Origin: a virus
IMG/VR virus record: IMGVR_UViG_3300032282_002017
Span: 2,531-66,530 of that record
Reading direction: 5' to 3' (one strand)
Length of the DNA: 64,000 nucleotides
Below, piece by piece: positions 34,436 to 43,230 of the stretch (position 1 is its first letter; each line of letters opens with the position of its first letter). The notes beneath the pieces were generated by a model that was not told the origin of the DNA, searched no databases, and worked only from the letters and a program-made list of their open reading frames with translations. A program made the position numbers and the translations under genes.

Positions 34436-34645
34436 ATGGACGAGATACCAACACCGAGATGCGATGAACATGAATTACTCATGGAAAGCGAAGACTTTGA
34501 CGTAGAGCTTGCCAAAACAAAGACATTTGCAAAGCAAATTGAACGCGAGCTAACCATTGCTACAAAAACCATAGCAGACAGGGATGTGGCTATCGCGAAT
34601 CTTAACGCCATTCTTGACCAATGGGAGCAACAATGCGGCAAATGA
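34436..34645 (+). CDS. Hypothetical coiled-coil protein (TPxxD...FAKQIERE), opposite strand to its neighbours
   Basis: Own leaderless promoter TTGAAA-17-TAGCCT at 34402-34430. Confidence 0.6.
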   Translation: MDEIPTPRCDEHELLMESEDFDVELAKTKTFAKQIERELTIATKTIADRDVAIANLNAILDQWEQQCGK

Positions 34646-34821
34646 ACCACCACTACGCCCGCGATAAAGGCATTTTAGCCGCGCTTGACTACCTCGGTGT
34701 GGACTTTGGTATTCATCCAACGCTACGACGCGTAAAACAGCCAAAGAAAGCGGTTTGCAGGCCATCTACGGGACGCATCTTAGCGATATGGTGGATGATT
34801 TGTGTGAGTATTAAGCCTTAA
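34642..34821 (+). CDS. Small hypothetical protein
   Basis: ATGA-coupled to the 34436 ORF. Confidence 0.35.
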   Translation: MNHHYARDKGILAALDYLGVDFGIHPTLRRVKQPKKAVCRPSTGRILAIWWMICVSIKP

Positions 34822-35003
34822 AGCTCAACCCCTTCTTCCAAGCTCCTGCATTCATCGCAGAAACCATCGCCAATCTCTCGGTCAATTTCAATATCTTCAT
34901 CGGACATTTCACGTTCGCACTTGGCGCAATGTCGGGTTGACCAATAAGCGTCGTATTGAGCTTCGGTGTGAGAGCAGAGCGAGCTATCAAGTTGTTGTGG
35001 CAT
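34818..35003 (-). CDS. Small Zn-finger protein
   Basis: CAKC..CDEC. Confidence 0.5.
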   Translation of the reverse strand: MPQQLDSSLCSHTEAQYDAYWSTRHCAKCEREMSDEDIEIDREIGDGFCDECRSLEEGVEL

Positions 35004-35203
35004 TAAGCAAAAGTTGATTGTTTCCAGTTCGTAAGCCAGTCGGCGCTGCGCATGCAGGCGTCCAAAGCATCGTCCACATGAGCCATAAAACGCTCGGTAT
35101 TTTCCAGCTTGCTGTACTCAACTGCAAAATACAGCGATTCACCGATTGCACCGCTCCAGAACGAGTGAGCCAGTAAGCATGAGGTTGTCCAGAGTGGTTT
35201 CAT
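35003..35203 (-). CDS. Small hypothetical protein
   Basis: Tight packing; ATG at 35203. Confidence 0.4.
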   Translation of the reverse strand: MKPLWTTSCLLAHSFWSGAIGESLYFAVEYSKLENTERFMAHVDDALDACMRSADWLTNWKQSTFA

Positions 35204-35204
35204 A

Positions 35205-35399
35205 CTAATAGCGGCGCAATTCACCGAGTTTCTGAAGCAACAGCAACGCTTGATCCCCGTTAGGAGTCGTCGCACCGCTAAACCACCGCATGAACTGCTT
35301 CGTGGTTACTTCGTGTTTCGCGGCAAATTGATTGATTGTGCCGTACGCATGTGGCGTCGGGTAATGTTTTTTTAGCAGTTCGCTTATGGTTAGTTTCAT
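35205..35399 (-). CDS. Cro-like HTH protein
   Basis: INQFAAKHEVTTKQFMRWFSGATTP. Confidence 0.6.
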   Translation of the reverse strand: MKLTISELLKKHYPTPHAYGTINQFAAKHEVTTKQFMRWFSGATTPNGDQALLLLQKLGELRRY

Positions 35400-35638
35400 T
35401 GGTTTTGATTTAATCTGTTGCGGTGAAATTGCCAAAAGTCCGACAAGTCTCCATTTTTGATCTTTCGTGTGCTGTGCATCTCATCACCTGTTTTGTTTAG
35501 GAAAATGTCTGGATCGTTAAATAGACCAACGCTTTCGCGAACATCGTCTGCAACAGGGTGGTTTCCAAGTTTTGTGATTCCAGTTCCGCCATTAGTCCAG
35601 TGGTCGGGCCATGTGCATCGGTGCGTCGTTTTGCTCAT
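35396..35638 (-). CDS. Hypothetical protein
   Basis: Stop overlaps the next start; start position uncertain. Confidence 0.4.
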   Translation of the reverse strand: MSKTTHRCTWPDHWTNGGTGITKLGNHPVADDVRESVGLFNDPDIFLNKTGDEMHSTRKIKNGDLSDFWQFHRNRLNQNQ

Positions 35639-35678
35639 GTCTAAACCTATCCCACATTTGGGAAGTTGTAAAGGTGGT

Positions 35679-35999
35679 TTATTCTTCGTCAATCTGCTGT
35701 TTCAAATCTGCAATCGCTTCTTCTTCGGTTTCACCCCAGCCTTTTAAGCCGTCCTCATAGCCGTATTGATAGGCAAGCCAATCTAGGGTGCGCACTGGCA
35801 TTGGCGGAAATACGTGTTGAGTAATGATTTTCCCGTACTTCTCAAACTGTTCTTGGGCTTCACGCTCTTCGGCGCTGTGCGGCTCATCGTAAGTATTCGG
35901 AAAGCAATTCGCGCAATCCACAGCACCGCACATACGGTCTTTGCATCGGTAAGCGCGGCGTTTCTTTTCGGGGTAGCTTTCGTCGTCGAGGTCTTTCAT
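35679..35999 (-). CDS. Hypothetical protein (CxxxxCGAxDCxxC)
   Basis: Cys cluster and GWGETEEEAIADL C-terminus. Confidence 0.55.
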   Translation of the reverse strand: MKDLDDESYPEKKRRAYRCKDRMCGAVDCANCFPNTYDEPHSAEEREAQEQFEKYGKIITQHVFPPMPVRTLDWLAYQYGYEDGLKGWGETEEEAIADLKQQIDEE

Positions 36000-36358
36000 G
36001 GCTTATTCTCCCAAAGGTTGAGGGCGCAAAGAAATGCTTTAGCCCGTTGACTGGCATCAGCTACAAATGCGTAGGAACGGGCATCAAAGCCTCGCGCCTC
36101 TGTTGTGATGTTCGCCAGCTTATTTGCATAAGAAACAAGAAGCTCGGCAAGGTCTAGCTTCTTCTCAGCTTCGTGCATTGCATTCAAATCATTCAAATAA
36201 TCCGGCAAAGGATCGAGAGGAATGTCCTCAATGTTGCCAAGAATGCGTTGCTCGTAAGGCACAGGCCGCGATGGAGCGTAGCCAACAAGGAACTGTTCAG
36301 AGATTCCACGCCAACCGCATGCTTTAGCGATGGCTATTCGTATTTTCTCTTTAGTCAT
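35996..36358 (-). CDS. Hypothetical phage protein
   Basis: IAIAKACGW..PDYLNDLNAMHEAE..A.QRA.AFL; AAACGA leader. Confidence 0.65.
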   Translation of the reverse strand: MTKEKIRIAIAKACGWRGISEQFLVGYAPSRPVPYEQRILGNIEDIPLDPLPDYLNDLNAMHEAEKKLDLAELLVSYANKLANITTEARGFDARSYAFVADASQRAKAFLCALNLWENKP

Positions 36359-36365
36359 AAGTCGT

Positions 36366-37079
36366 TTATTCGTTTCCCAACATTAGTTCAGCTTTGGGTG
36401 GTTGTAAAGAGGTTTGGTTTGCTGCCGCCTCAATTCTTTGCTGGCAGATGGCGAAATACTTCTCGTCTCGCTCAATGCCGATGAATTTGCGATTGGTATT
36501 CATGCAAGCCACGCCGGTTGTGCCGCTGCCCATACAGCAATCGAGGATGGTATCTCCTATTTTCGAGCTTGCCAGTATAAGCCTCTCCATAAGCTTTACC
36601 GGCTTTTCTGTCGGGTGGATTTTTGACCTGCCGGATGGGTTGCTCCACAAAGCTTTTTTACACCTCTCATTGAAAATTGCCTTGGGCTTTCTGGCGAATA
36701 CGCAAAACTCCATGCCTGACAGCCATAGCTTGGTGCCGTTCATTGGTGATGGATTCGTTTTGTCCCACGCGCCCACTCTGGTTGACATCTTTAGATTTTT
36801 AAACTCAGTCACAAGTTGGCTTATCTGTTGTGTTCCGCAGAAGACATAAAAACTACCGTGGCAAATTCTATGAAATTCGCCAACAAGTAGCCGCAGGTCT
36901 ATATCGCACCTATCCGCCTTCCCTCTATCCAACAATCGAAGTCCAGAGCTTTTCTGCGAAACCTCATCGTATGGTATGTCTGTTAGCACCATATCCACGC
37001 TGCCAGTTTCGATTTCCTGCATGTGTTCAAGGCATTCGCCAAGCATGAGGGTGTATTTGTCGGTTTTGATGTTGTTCAT
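36366..37079 (-). CDS. DNA methyltransferase, N6/N4 beta class
   Basis: [50 protein letters not shown]. Confidence 0.92.
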   Translation of the reverse strand: MNNIKTDKYTLMLGECLEHMQEIETGSVDMVLTDIPYDEVSQKSSGLRLLDRGKADRCDIDLRLLVGEFHRICHGSFYVFCGTQQISQLVTEFKNLKMSTRVGAWDKTNPSPMNGTKLWLSGMEFCVFARKPKAIFNERCKKALWSNPSGRSKIHPTEKPVKLMERLILASSKIGDTILDCCMGSGTTGVACMNTNRKFIGIERDEKYFAICQQRIEAAANQTSLQPPKAELMLGNE

Positions 37080-37122
37080 ATTCGTTTTCCTTTTATCGCT
37101 GGTTGGGTGGTTGGGGCTTGGG

Positions 37123-37551
37123 TTAGTCTGTTTCAGTATTCATTTCCGGTGGTGATGGGCATTTCCATGCTGCCCTTGATCTTGCCAAAAATACCTTAAC
37201 CTGTTGTGGCAGTTTGTTATGATGACTATTTACCTTTTCACGCGATTTAGAATTGCCGCGCTTTGTGTTATGGCTTTTGCAATAAAGAAGAAAATGAAGG
37301 ATGCAGTGTCGAATTTGCGAAACAGTAAACTTTGGCATTCGCTTCCACATTTCGTGTACTTGACCGTGACAGTTGTCGCACAAAACCATCAAGTCAGACA
37401 TCTTTTCACGGCCAATGCGCTTATAAGTGAGGTGATGAATTTGCAGGCGGCTGGCATTTAAGCAACCTTCGCATTTGTGAGAGGATTGCCTTAACTTGAT
37501 TTGACGAATGGCTTTCCATTCAGGAGAGAGTAGGTATGCGGTGTAGTTCAT
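37123..37551 (-). CDS. HNH endonuclease
   Basis: [35 protein letters not shown]. Confidence 0.88.
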   Translation of the reverse strand: MNYTAYLLSPEWKAIRQIKLRQSSHKCEGCLNASRLQIHHLTYKRIGREKMSDLMVLCDNCHGQVHEMWKRMPKFTVSQIRHCILHFLLYCKSHNTKRGNSKSREKVNSHHNKLPQQVKVFLARSRAAWKCPSPPEMNTETD

Positions 37552-37985
37552 GTTTTAATAGGGGTTAAATTCAGGATTAATTGCCAGCGGAGAGAGAGAG
37601 GAAATCAACCCCTAACCCCTTTCCCCGTGAGAGGAAAAAGGTCAGGGTGAATGACTTTGCCGTGCTTTCGCTTCGCTTCGTCATCAGGACATCGTTTGTT
37701 CTAGGGAGCCATTTGCCATTGCTGGAAGTTATAACCTAGACGTGTCCGCACCCCCGGTGATTGCTCACCAAGCTATTTCTGAGTGTGTGTCTAAAATCTT
37801 GTCTGTTTGCACCCTTAACCCCCGAATCAAACCGAAGTGTGGATACTTGCTCAGACCCGACAAACTCGATCTTCTGAACAAACCGCAAAACAAAAAGCCG
37901 ACTCACGTGAGGCGAGAGTCGGCTTAGTGCGGTTTGCAGTAGCGCGGATCACTCCGCCTCACAGAGCAAACCAATTGAATTGAGG
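37552..37985 (-). ncRNA. Candidate large structured RNA / leader upstream of the HNH gene
   Basis: No credible ORF; multiple complementary stems; promoter immediately upstream. Confidence 0.5.
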
Positions 37986-37990
37986 CTGTA

Positions 37991-38019
37991 ATCCTACATC
38001 TCGAAAAAGGCTCTGTCAA
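37991..38019 (-). promoter_or_regulatory. Sigma70 promoter
   Basis: TTGACA-17-TAGGAT. Confidence 0.75.
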
Positions 38020-38358
38020 AAAGAATTTAATCCAGTTCTCCAAATTCCTCAAATAACTGGAGCATCGCGGCTCGATTTTGGCTCTCCGAATACAATCTCA
38101 CCACAAAAGATTGCAGAATGAGTAAGTTTGTGCGGAGTCGAGACTGCTGCTCTTTCACTTTCGTCTTTGGCTCTAACTAACCCAAAAGTGGGCGGCTCTC
38201 CCATCGGTATCACAACCCATATGGGCGCTGACACTGTTCAGTTGAACGCCCTTGTTTCACCGCATCGTGAACGCGGCCCAAATCGTGAACGCTAGGCGTT
38301 TCAGCTATCGAGACACTGGCGATGGGTTAGGATGCGCCAGAACGCGAGGAAAGGGCAC

Positions 38359-38394
38359 AAAAAAGGCCCGCCAGCGGTTAAGCTAGCGGGCCTT
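38359..38394 (-). terminator. Rho-independent terminator ending the early block
   Basis: AAGGCCCGCTAGC-loop-GCTGGCGGGCC followed by TTTTTT on the minus strand. Confidence 0.8.
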
Positions 38395-38397
38395 GTG

Positions 38398-38619
38398 TTA
38401 TCGGTTTGAGCTTGTGAGAACCATGCGCGAGACTTTATGATCGTATCGGCATCCTGTCGCCCTTGCGTTGCTAATAGCGTATTCTTGAGCTTCCGAATTG
38501 GTGGCAAAATCAGCCACAAAATGCTCGCCTTTCCAAGTTTCGACTCGGTAAAATACGCAATTTCTGTCTTTCGGTATGGTTCCTAGATGTGTTAATGGTA
38601 GCGGTTTGGGTGCTTGCAT
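38398..38619 (-). CDS. Small early-region protein
   Basis: ACGAAAGGAAACCA leader; ends just before the terminator. Confidence 0.55.
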   Translation of the reverse strand: MQAPKPLPLTHLGTIPKDRNCVFYRVETWKGEHFVADFATNSEAQEYAISNARATGCRYDHKVSRMVLTSSNR

Positions 38620-38784
38620 TGGTTTCCTTTCGTGTTTATTGCGCTGATTCCAAGTACCAAGGCTTCAGCCTCGCTAGCTTGCCGTCCTCCTTTTCCTTTC
38701 GTTCTTGAGCCTGCCGCGCTTCCTCGTCACGCTGGCGTTTGTCCAGTAGAGCGAAAAAGGCGGCTAGTTTGTCGGTGGCGGTGG

Positions 38785-38982
38785 TCATGCGGCCAGCCTC
38801 CTAATTCTGCTTTGCGTCCTTTCGCTCATGCAATGGCAGGTTGTGTAATGATCTGCTACGCTGTCATATACTCGCACGGTGCCGCCAGCATCGACGGAAA
38901 AGCAGTACTCGCGAATGCCGCAATTCGTGAACGCTCGCGCCTTTGCGAGCACTTTTTTAAGTCCATTATTTTGAGTTTTCAT
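38785..38982 (-). CDS. Small early-region protein
   Basis: AGGAG leader; GTVRVYDSVADHYTTCH. Confidence 0.6.
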   Translation of the reverse strand: MKTQNNGLKKVLAKARAFTNCGIREYCFSVDAGGTVRVYDSVADHYTTCHCMSERTQSRIRRLAA

Positions 38983-39027
38983 TCTGTTATTCTCCTTTTC
39001 TTGTTTCGTTTGTGGGCGTATTCCGCC

Positions 39028-39061
39028 CGAAAGTTTGCAGGTTTACGGATTGCCTGCTTCC
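39028..39061 (-). repeat. Conserved intergenic hairpin, copy 1
   Basis: GCAGG-CAATCCGTAAA-CCTGC; matches 40966-40998. Confidence 0.7.
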
Positions 39062-39168
39062 GTTTTGCCTAGTGGCAGAATCCTAGCAGAATCCCCGCAA
39101 AAAATGCCGCGAACGCGACAATGATTACAAGTTGAGCTAGTGGGCTGTTTTCTAGTGGTTCCATGTGG

Positions 39169-39393
39169 TTACTTTTTCCAGTTGAGTTTAGCGTATCTGC
39201 TTGGCGTGTTTCTCTGTGCTGCTTCTTTCGCTTGTTGGCGCGTATCGGCTATAACGTAGATTTCCACGTCACCAGCAAAGGCGCACCATTCTTTGTCTGT
39301 GACCTTGTGAAGGTGCAACGCATCGCCAGCGTATGAGGCTGGAGTGCGTGTACGCCTTTCATGCCAAGGCTTGTCTTTGTATGGCAATGTCAT
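39169..39393 (-). CDS. Small early-region protein
   Basis: AAAACGACAAA-ATG leader. Confidence 0.5.
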   Translation of the reverse strand: MTLPYKDKPWHERRTRTPASYAGDALHLHKVTDKEWCAFAGDVEIYVIADTRQQAKEAAQRNTPSRYAKLNWKK

Positions 39394-39476
39394 TTTGTCG
39401 TTTTGTTGACCTATTAGCCAACAATCCAAGCGTCAAAGGCTCCGAGTTATGGAGCAATTGACACCTGACTTGTTGC

Positions 39477-39815
39477 CTATTCTGGCACCTGCCACGCTGG
39501 CGTTTCACGCACGCCGCGAAGCTCTTTCGCGGTTTCGCTGCGTTCAGCTAGGCGGCGCATCGCTTGACGATGGCTGGCGAGTTCTTGCTCGCTTGCAATC
39601 TTACTATCGAGGATTGGCAGGTTAAGACGCGAGGCTAGCGCGTAGAAATCTGCCGTGGTCATTTCTGCGATGGGTACTCGTAATTCGCCTTCTTCGTCCT
39701 TTCGGACTTCAGCGGCAATAATACGGCCATTAGCAAGCCTGTCTAAGGCTAAACCAATGATGCGGTTTTGAGCTATCCAATGCGGGAGCTTATCGTTTGG
39801 TATGTGGTCGAACAT
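39477..39815 (-). CDS. Early-region hypothetical protein
   Basis: AAACGAA-ATG leader. Confidence 0.55.
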   Translation of the reverse strand: MFDHIPNDKLPHWIAQNRIIGLALDRLANGRIIAAEVRKDEEGELRVPIAEMTTADFYALASRLNLPILDSKIASEQELASHRQAMRRLAERSETAKELRGVRETPAWQVPE

Positions 39816-39937
39816 TTCGTTTGTCTTTCGTTTTACCCGTATTTTAAGACGATACGCGAGGGCAACGCGTACCGAATTGTGCCTTGTGGCATCATTGCCG
39901 ACTCCGGTTTTTTAGGCCGGAATCGGGGATGGTGTCA

Positions 39938-40312
39938 CTAATTAATTCGGAAGGCGTAGAAGTCGCCCTCTAGTTCTTCCTCGTTGCCGTCATAGGATGA
40001 AAGCGAATGGCCGCGTCCATCCATGCGAGCGTCGCGCTTCCACATTTCCTCGTCGAATTTGATGTAGGCGGACAGATTGCCGACTTCCAGCTTGTCGATT
40101 TCTGGCGTAATACATTCCTCAATGTAGGAATCAAGCGATTGATCCCAAGCCTCGTCTGCTTCCTCGTCCGTAGCTACTGCGTACTCTTTTGAGCCAAGCG
40201 AAAAAACCGTCATGCCATAGCAATCGTGGCTTTCTTCGCTCAATTCGTCCGGTTCGCATTCGAGATATTTAGCTAGTGCCAGTTTCTTTTCTTCGTTGTC
40301 TGTGTCGTTCAT
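39938..40312 (-). CDS. Highly acidic early protein (possible DNA mimic / antirestriction)
   Basis: D/E-rich; AYIKFDEEMWKRD resembles the ArdA C-terminal pattern. Confidence 0.6.
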   Translation of the reverse strand: MNDTDNEEKKLALAKYLECEPDELSEESHDCYGMTVFSLGSKEYAVATDEEADEAWDQSLDSYIEECITPEIDKLEVGNLSAYIKFDEEMWKRDARMDGRGHSLSSYDGNEEELEGDFYAFRIN

Positions 40313-40338
40313 AGTGTCGTTTTCTTTCTCGTTTGTTG

Positions 40339-40512
40339 TTACTTCCGCAAAGCTAGCAGGCATCCCGCAATCGCTGAAAAAATCAGCAGTCGAAGAAATG
40401 CGTTGAGGTTGGCTTTTACTTCCGCCGCGTGCTTTGCACGCGCGGATTGATTTAGCGGATGACTTGCGAGGTGCAAGTACGCCGCGCTTGTGTCTGGTTT
40501 GAGTTTTGGCAT
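40339..40512 (-). CDS. Small membrane-anchored early protein
   Basis: C-terminal hydrophobic segment; ACACGACT-ATG leader. Confidence 0.45.
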   Translation of the reverse strand: MPKLKPDTSAAYLHLASHPLNQSARAKHAAEVKANLNAFLRLLIFSAIAGCLLALRK

Positions 40513-40588
40513 AGTCGTGTTTGTCGTTTGTTCGTGGGCTTTGTAGCTCACGCATCGACGCACCCCGAAGGATGTGCCGAAGCGCGGT

Positions 40589-40930
40589 CTAAAGTTTGTA
40601 CTTACGTTTCTTATATGCTAGATGCTTTTGAAGCTCTCCCATTGTAAAAACGGTGTGCTTGTGGCTTGATCCGCAGCCGCAACTAGTCCGGCTTTTGAGC
40701 TTGTGATTGCCCCATTCTTGATTTGCGTACCACGTTTCAAAGCTGAGCGTATGACGCCCATTTTTGAAGCAGTGCGCAAGATACCACGCGCCACCCATTG
40801 CGCCGATTCGGGTTGAATGCGAGTAGTGGTAGCCAAACTCCGCCGCAATAGGTGAGCAGGGATGCTCGGCCCATGATGCGTGGAAACCTTGACCACATCC
40901 ATTATCGTTTTCTAAAACTGGCTTTTCCAT
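40589..40930 (-). CDS. Early-region hypothetical protein
   Basis: ACGAAAGGA leader. Confidence 0.55.
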   Translation of the reverse strand: MEKPVLENDNGCGQGFHASWAEHPCSPIAAEFGYHYSHSTRIGAMGGAWYLAHCFKNGRHTLSFETWYANQEWGNHKLKSRTSCGCGSSHKHTVFTMGELQKHLAYKKRKYKL

Positions 40931-40965
40931 ATTTGTTTTGTCCTTTCGTTTGTTTTGCCTTATGG

Positions 40966-40998
40966 CGAAATTTGCCGGTTTGCGGATTGCCGGGTTCC
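40966..40998 (-). repeat. Conserved intergenic hairpin, copy 2
   Basis: CCGG-CAATCCGCAAA-CCGG. Confidence 0.7.
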
Positions 40999-41005
40999 TG
41001 CGTTG

Positions 41006-41290
41006 CTACCATATCACATGGCATTTAGGCAGCGCCTTTGCTCGCATTTTTATCGTTGCTTGCTTACTGTTTACAATGTTTTCCGGCATTGCGTACCAGC
41101 GGTTCCATCGTTTCGCCAGCGTTCCCCTTGAGCCTCTGTCGCTTGTATCCATCACATAAAAAACGTGATCTTGAGGCAATAGGCTTTTTTGTTGATACGA
41201 TAGCTTTATCAAGCGGCGCGATTCTTCGCGACTCAAAACGCTTGTTTCGCGATTTTGAACGTGTGCATAGTGACCGATAAATTTAGGCAT
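41006..41290 (-). CDS. Early-region hypothetical protein
   Basis: AAACGAAAG leader; ATG at 41290. Confidence 0.5.
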   Translation of the reverse strand: MPKFIGHYAHVQNRETSVLSREESRRLIKLSYQQKSLLPQDHVFYVMDTSDRGSRGTLAKRWNRWYAMPENIVNSKQATIKMRAKALPKCHVIW

Positions 41291-41560
41291 AATATTTATT
41301 TCTTTCGTTTGTTTCCTTCCCGCCGTTGTGGCGTTCAATGGGGCGCATAGACTTGCTATGCGCCCGGTTGAGCGTCATTTATCCTGCTACACTTGCGTAC
41401 CCGTCCATTGCGGCACCTGCTGCTTGCTCTGCGTACCATTGCCAGCATTGCGGCCCATCATTAGGCCAGCTTTTTTTCGCGGCATCATATTCGCGCCAAT
41501 AAATGCCGCTCGTATCTAGTCCGCGCTTTTCCGTGTTCGTTTCTAGTGTGTTCATTGTAT

Positions 41561-41764
41561 TTATGCGTATTGGTTTCCTCTTTCGTTTTTCTTGAGCGTC
41601 ATATCTAGAAACGCTCGCGTTTTCTTGTCACAAGGGAAGTACTCGCCGCAATCCCATCGCTCAATGTAGGCGCATCCGTCGCATTGAAGCAGGTGATTTC
41701 TTGCGTGTTCTAGCCTTGTAAAGCTCGCCGATACTTGGCAATTGCCGTAATTTATTCTGTACAT
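41561..41764 (-). CDS. Small early-region protein
   Basis: MYRINYGNCQVS; flanked by hairpins. Confidence 0.45.
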   Translation of the reverse strand: MYRINYGNCQVSASFTRLEHARNHLLQCDGCAYIERWDCGEYFPCDKKTRAFLDMTLKKNERGNQYA

Positions 41765-41852
41765 GTGTCGAATAGAGCGCCGGGTTATACGGCGCTCATG
41801 GCGAGACATTGAAAGGGGAAAGGGATGGAACCTTTCCCCTTGTTTGGGGAAG

Positions 41853-42092
41853 TTACTTGAAATCAGGAAACCAGTCCTGTATGCACTCGCCGTTTTTATG
41901 GAGTTGCAACGTGTGAACATTGTCACGCGCAGCGCCCTCGTAATCCGTATCGCGCTCATATGAGCGATTCCAATAATCCCGATTCATTCCGCATTCTTTA
42001 ACCCATTGCTTAGCTTCTTTGAGTGACTCAAAAGAGCGTGAGTCCGATTGATTCTCTTCCTTGTCTAAGATGATTACTTCGATTGTGTTCAT
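41853..42092 (-). CDS. First gene of the early block, hypothetical
   Basis: AAAACGAAA-ATG leader; upstream TTTACA-17-TAAAGT near 42284-42312. Confidence 0.55.
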   Translation of the reverse strand: MNTIEVIILDKEENQSDSRSFESLKEAKQWVKECGMNRDYWNRSYERDTDYEGAARDNVHTLQLHKNGECIQDWFPDFK

Positions 42093-42343
42093 TTTCGTTT
42101 TAGTTCTCACTCTGCATTGTCGGGCTTGTGACCGTTAAGCACTTTGTAGTACTTAGCTGCATTAAGTCCCCTCTATCCTTTGGGGAATGGCCTAGAATCG
42201 AGTTCTAGGGACGCACCGCTTGTTTCCAAGTTCCGGCGGAGGTGTCCATCGTTTGATGCAGCACACTCTCTTAACGTGCTTATACTTTAACCCATGAATG
42301 TCCTATTGTAAAGGACGAGATTGATAAATCGTAAAGATGGGGA

Positions 42344-42958
42344 ATGAATGCAGGCATGGAAACAGAAAAGATAGAGCAAGCCAGCGAGGTAGAAACGAAA
42401 GAAGCTACACCTTGGAACTCATGGCAAAATCCCGTAGCTGATCCCGAACGATGGATTGAGATTCGCCGTGCCGTTGAAGCCGGAATGAGTCAAAAAGAGG
42501 CAAGCGACGTTTTTAAGATCAGTTATGAGGCGATAAAAAAGAGGGCGCAAAGGGAAGAATGGCTAACGGAAAAGCGCATAGAAGCAGCGAAAGAAGCGAA
42601 GATTGCCAGTTTAGTCCCTGATAAGTCCCTTGCTCCACAGAATGCCTTGCAAGCGGTCGCAGAGTCCTTCGAGAGTCACAGGAGCGGAACGCTGCTAAAC
42701 CTCGCTAAACTGGCAGGAAAGGGCATACAAAAGGCAATCGACGCAAATCTCAATATTGAGAACTGGCAAGATGCGAAAATCGCAGCCGATATTGCAATGA
42801 AGTTGCATAATGTCGGCCAAGATAGTGTTCAGGTGAACATCGCTCAGGCGTTCGCTGGCATGGATGAGGGGCCTGTTGTTGAGACTGAGGTCGAGAATGC
42901 GGATGATGAAAGAGACAATGCCAGTGATGGCCCTCGTTTCTTTATTGAAGATGAGTAG
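42344..42958 (+). CDS. terS: Terminase small subunit (putative)
   Basis: HTH MSQKEASDVFKISYEAIKKRAQREEW, helical middle, VQVNI strand, acidic tail. Confidence 0.65.
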   Translation: MNAGMETEKIEQASEVETKEATPWNSWQNPVADPERWIEIRRAVEAGMSQKEASDVFKISYEAIKKRAQREEWLTEKRIEAAKEAKIASLVPDKSLAPQNALQAVAESFESHRSGTLLNLAKLAGKGIQKAIDANLNIENWQDAKIAADIAMKLHNVGQDSVQVNIAQAFAGMDEGPVVETEVENADDERDNASDGPRFFIEDE

Positions 42959-43045
42959 GTTAAGCCTGATTCGATAGGCTGAATATGACCTTGTTCCTAC
43001 TCTGTATGCTACCTGTTGCAGCGACTTAACAAGTTAAGCTGATCT

Positions 43046-43091
43046 TAGCTAGAGCGAGAGGCAGGGCGAGTGAGTAGCTAGAGCGAGAGGC
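43046..43091 (+). repeat. 17-bp direct repeat in the non-coding region after terS
   Basis: TAGCTAGAGCGAGAGGC at 43046-43062 and 43075-43091. Confidence 0.85.
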
Positions 43092-43230
43092 TAGAGAGAC
43101 ACCACGCGGGGCGGTGTCATACCCCCAAGCGCGAGCGCTGTATATACATATCACCCCACACAATTTTTCTCTCTTTATTCAACTTTACACTACCGCTTGA
43201 ACTTTACGGTATCCGCGCATACACTTACCA

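Noticed and set aside
36375-36422. Possible third attC at the 3' end of the beta-class methylase (minus strand ...GCTGAACTAATGTTGGGA)
   Set aside because: The right half resembles attC site 1, but the spacer is short and the left half pairs poorly. At best a decayed remnant; needs a covariance-model score.
37660-37690. Hammerhead ribozyme (CTGATGA...GAAA on the minus strand)
   Set aside because: No stem II can form between the core motifs, and TGATGAC pairs better with GTCATTCA.
38236-38345. Hairpin with ATCGTGAACGC direct repeat downstream of the early terminator
   Set aside because: Lacks attC boxes and tRNA features; no function can be supported.
43046-43100. CRISPR or TIGR-like array
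   Set aside because: Only two repeat copies 12 nt apart, and no cas or associated gene is visible.
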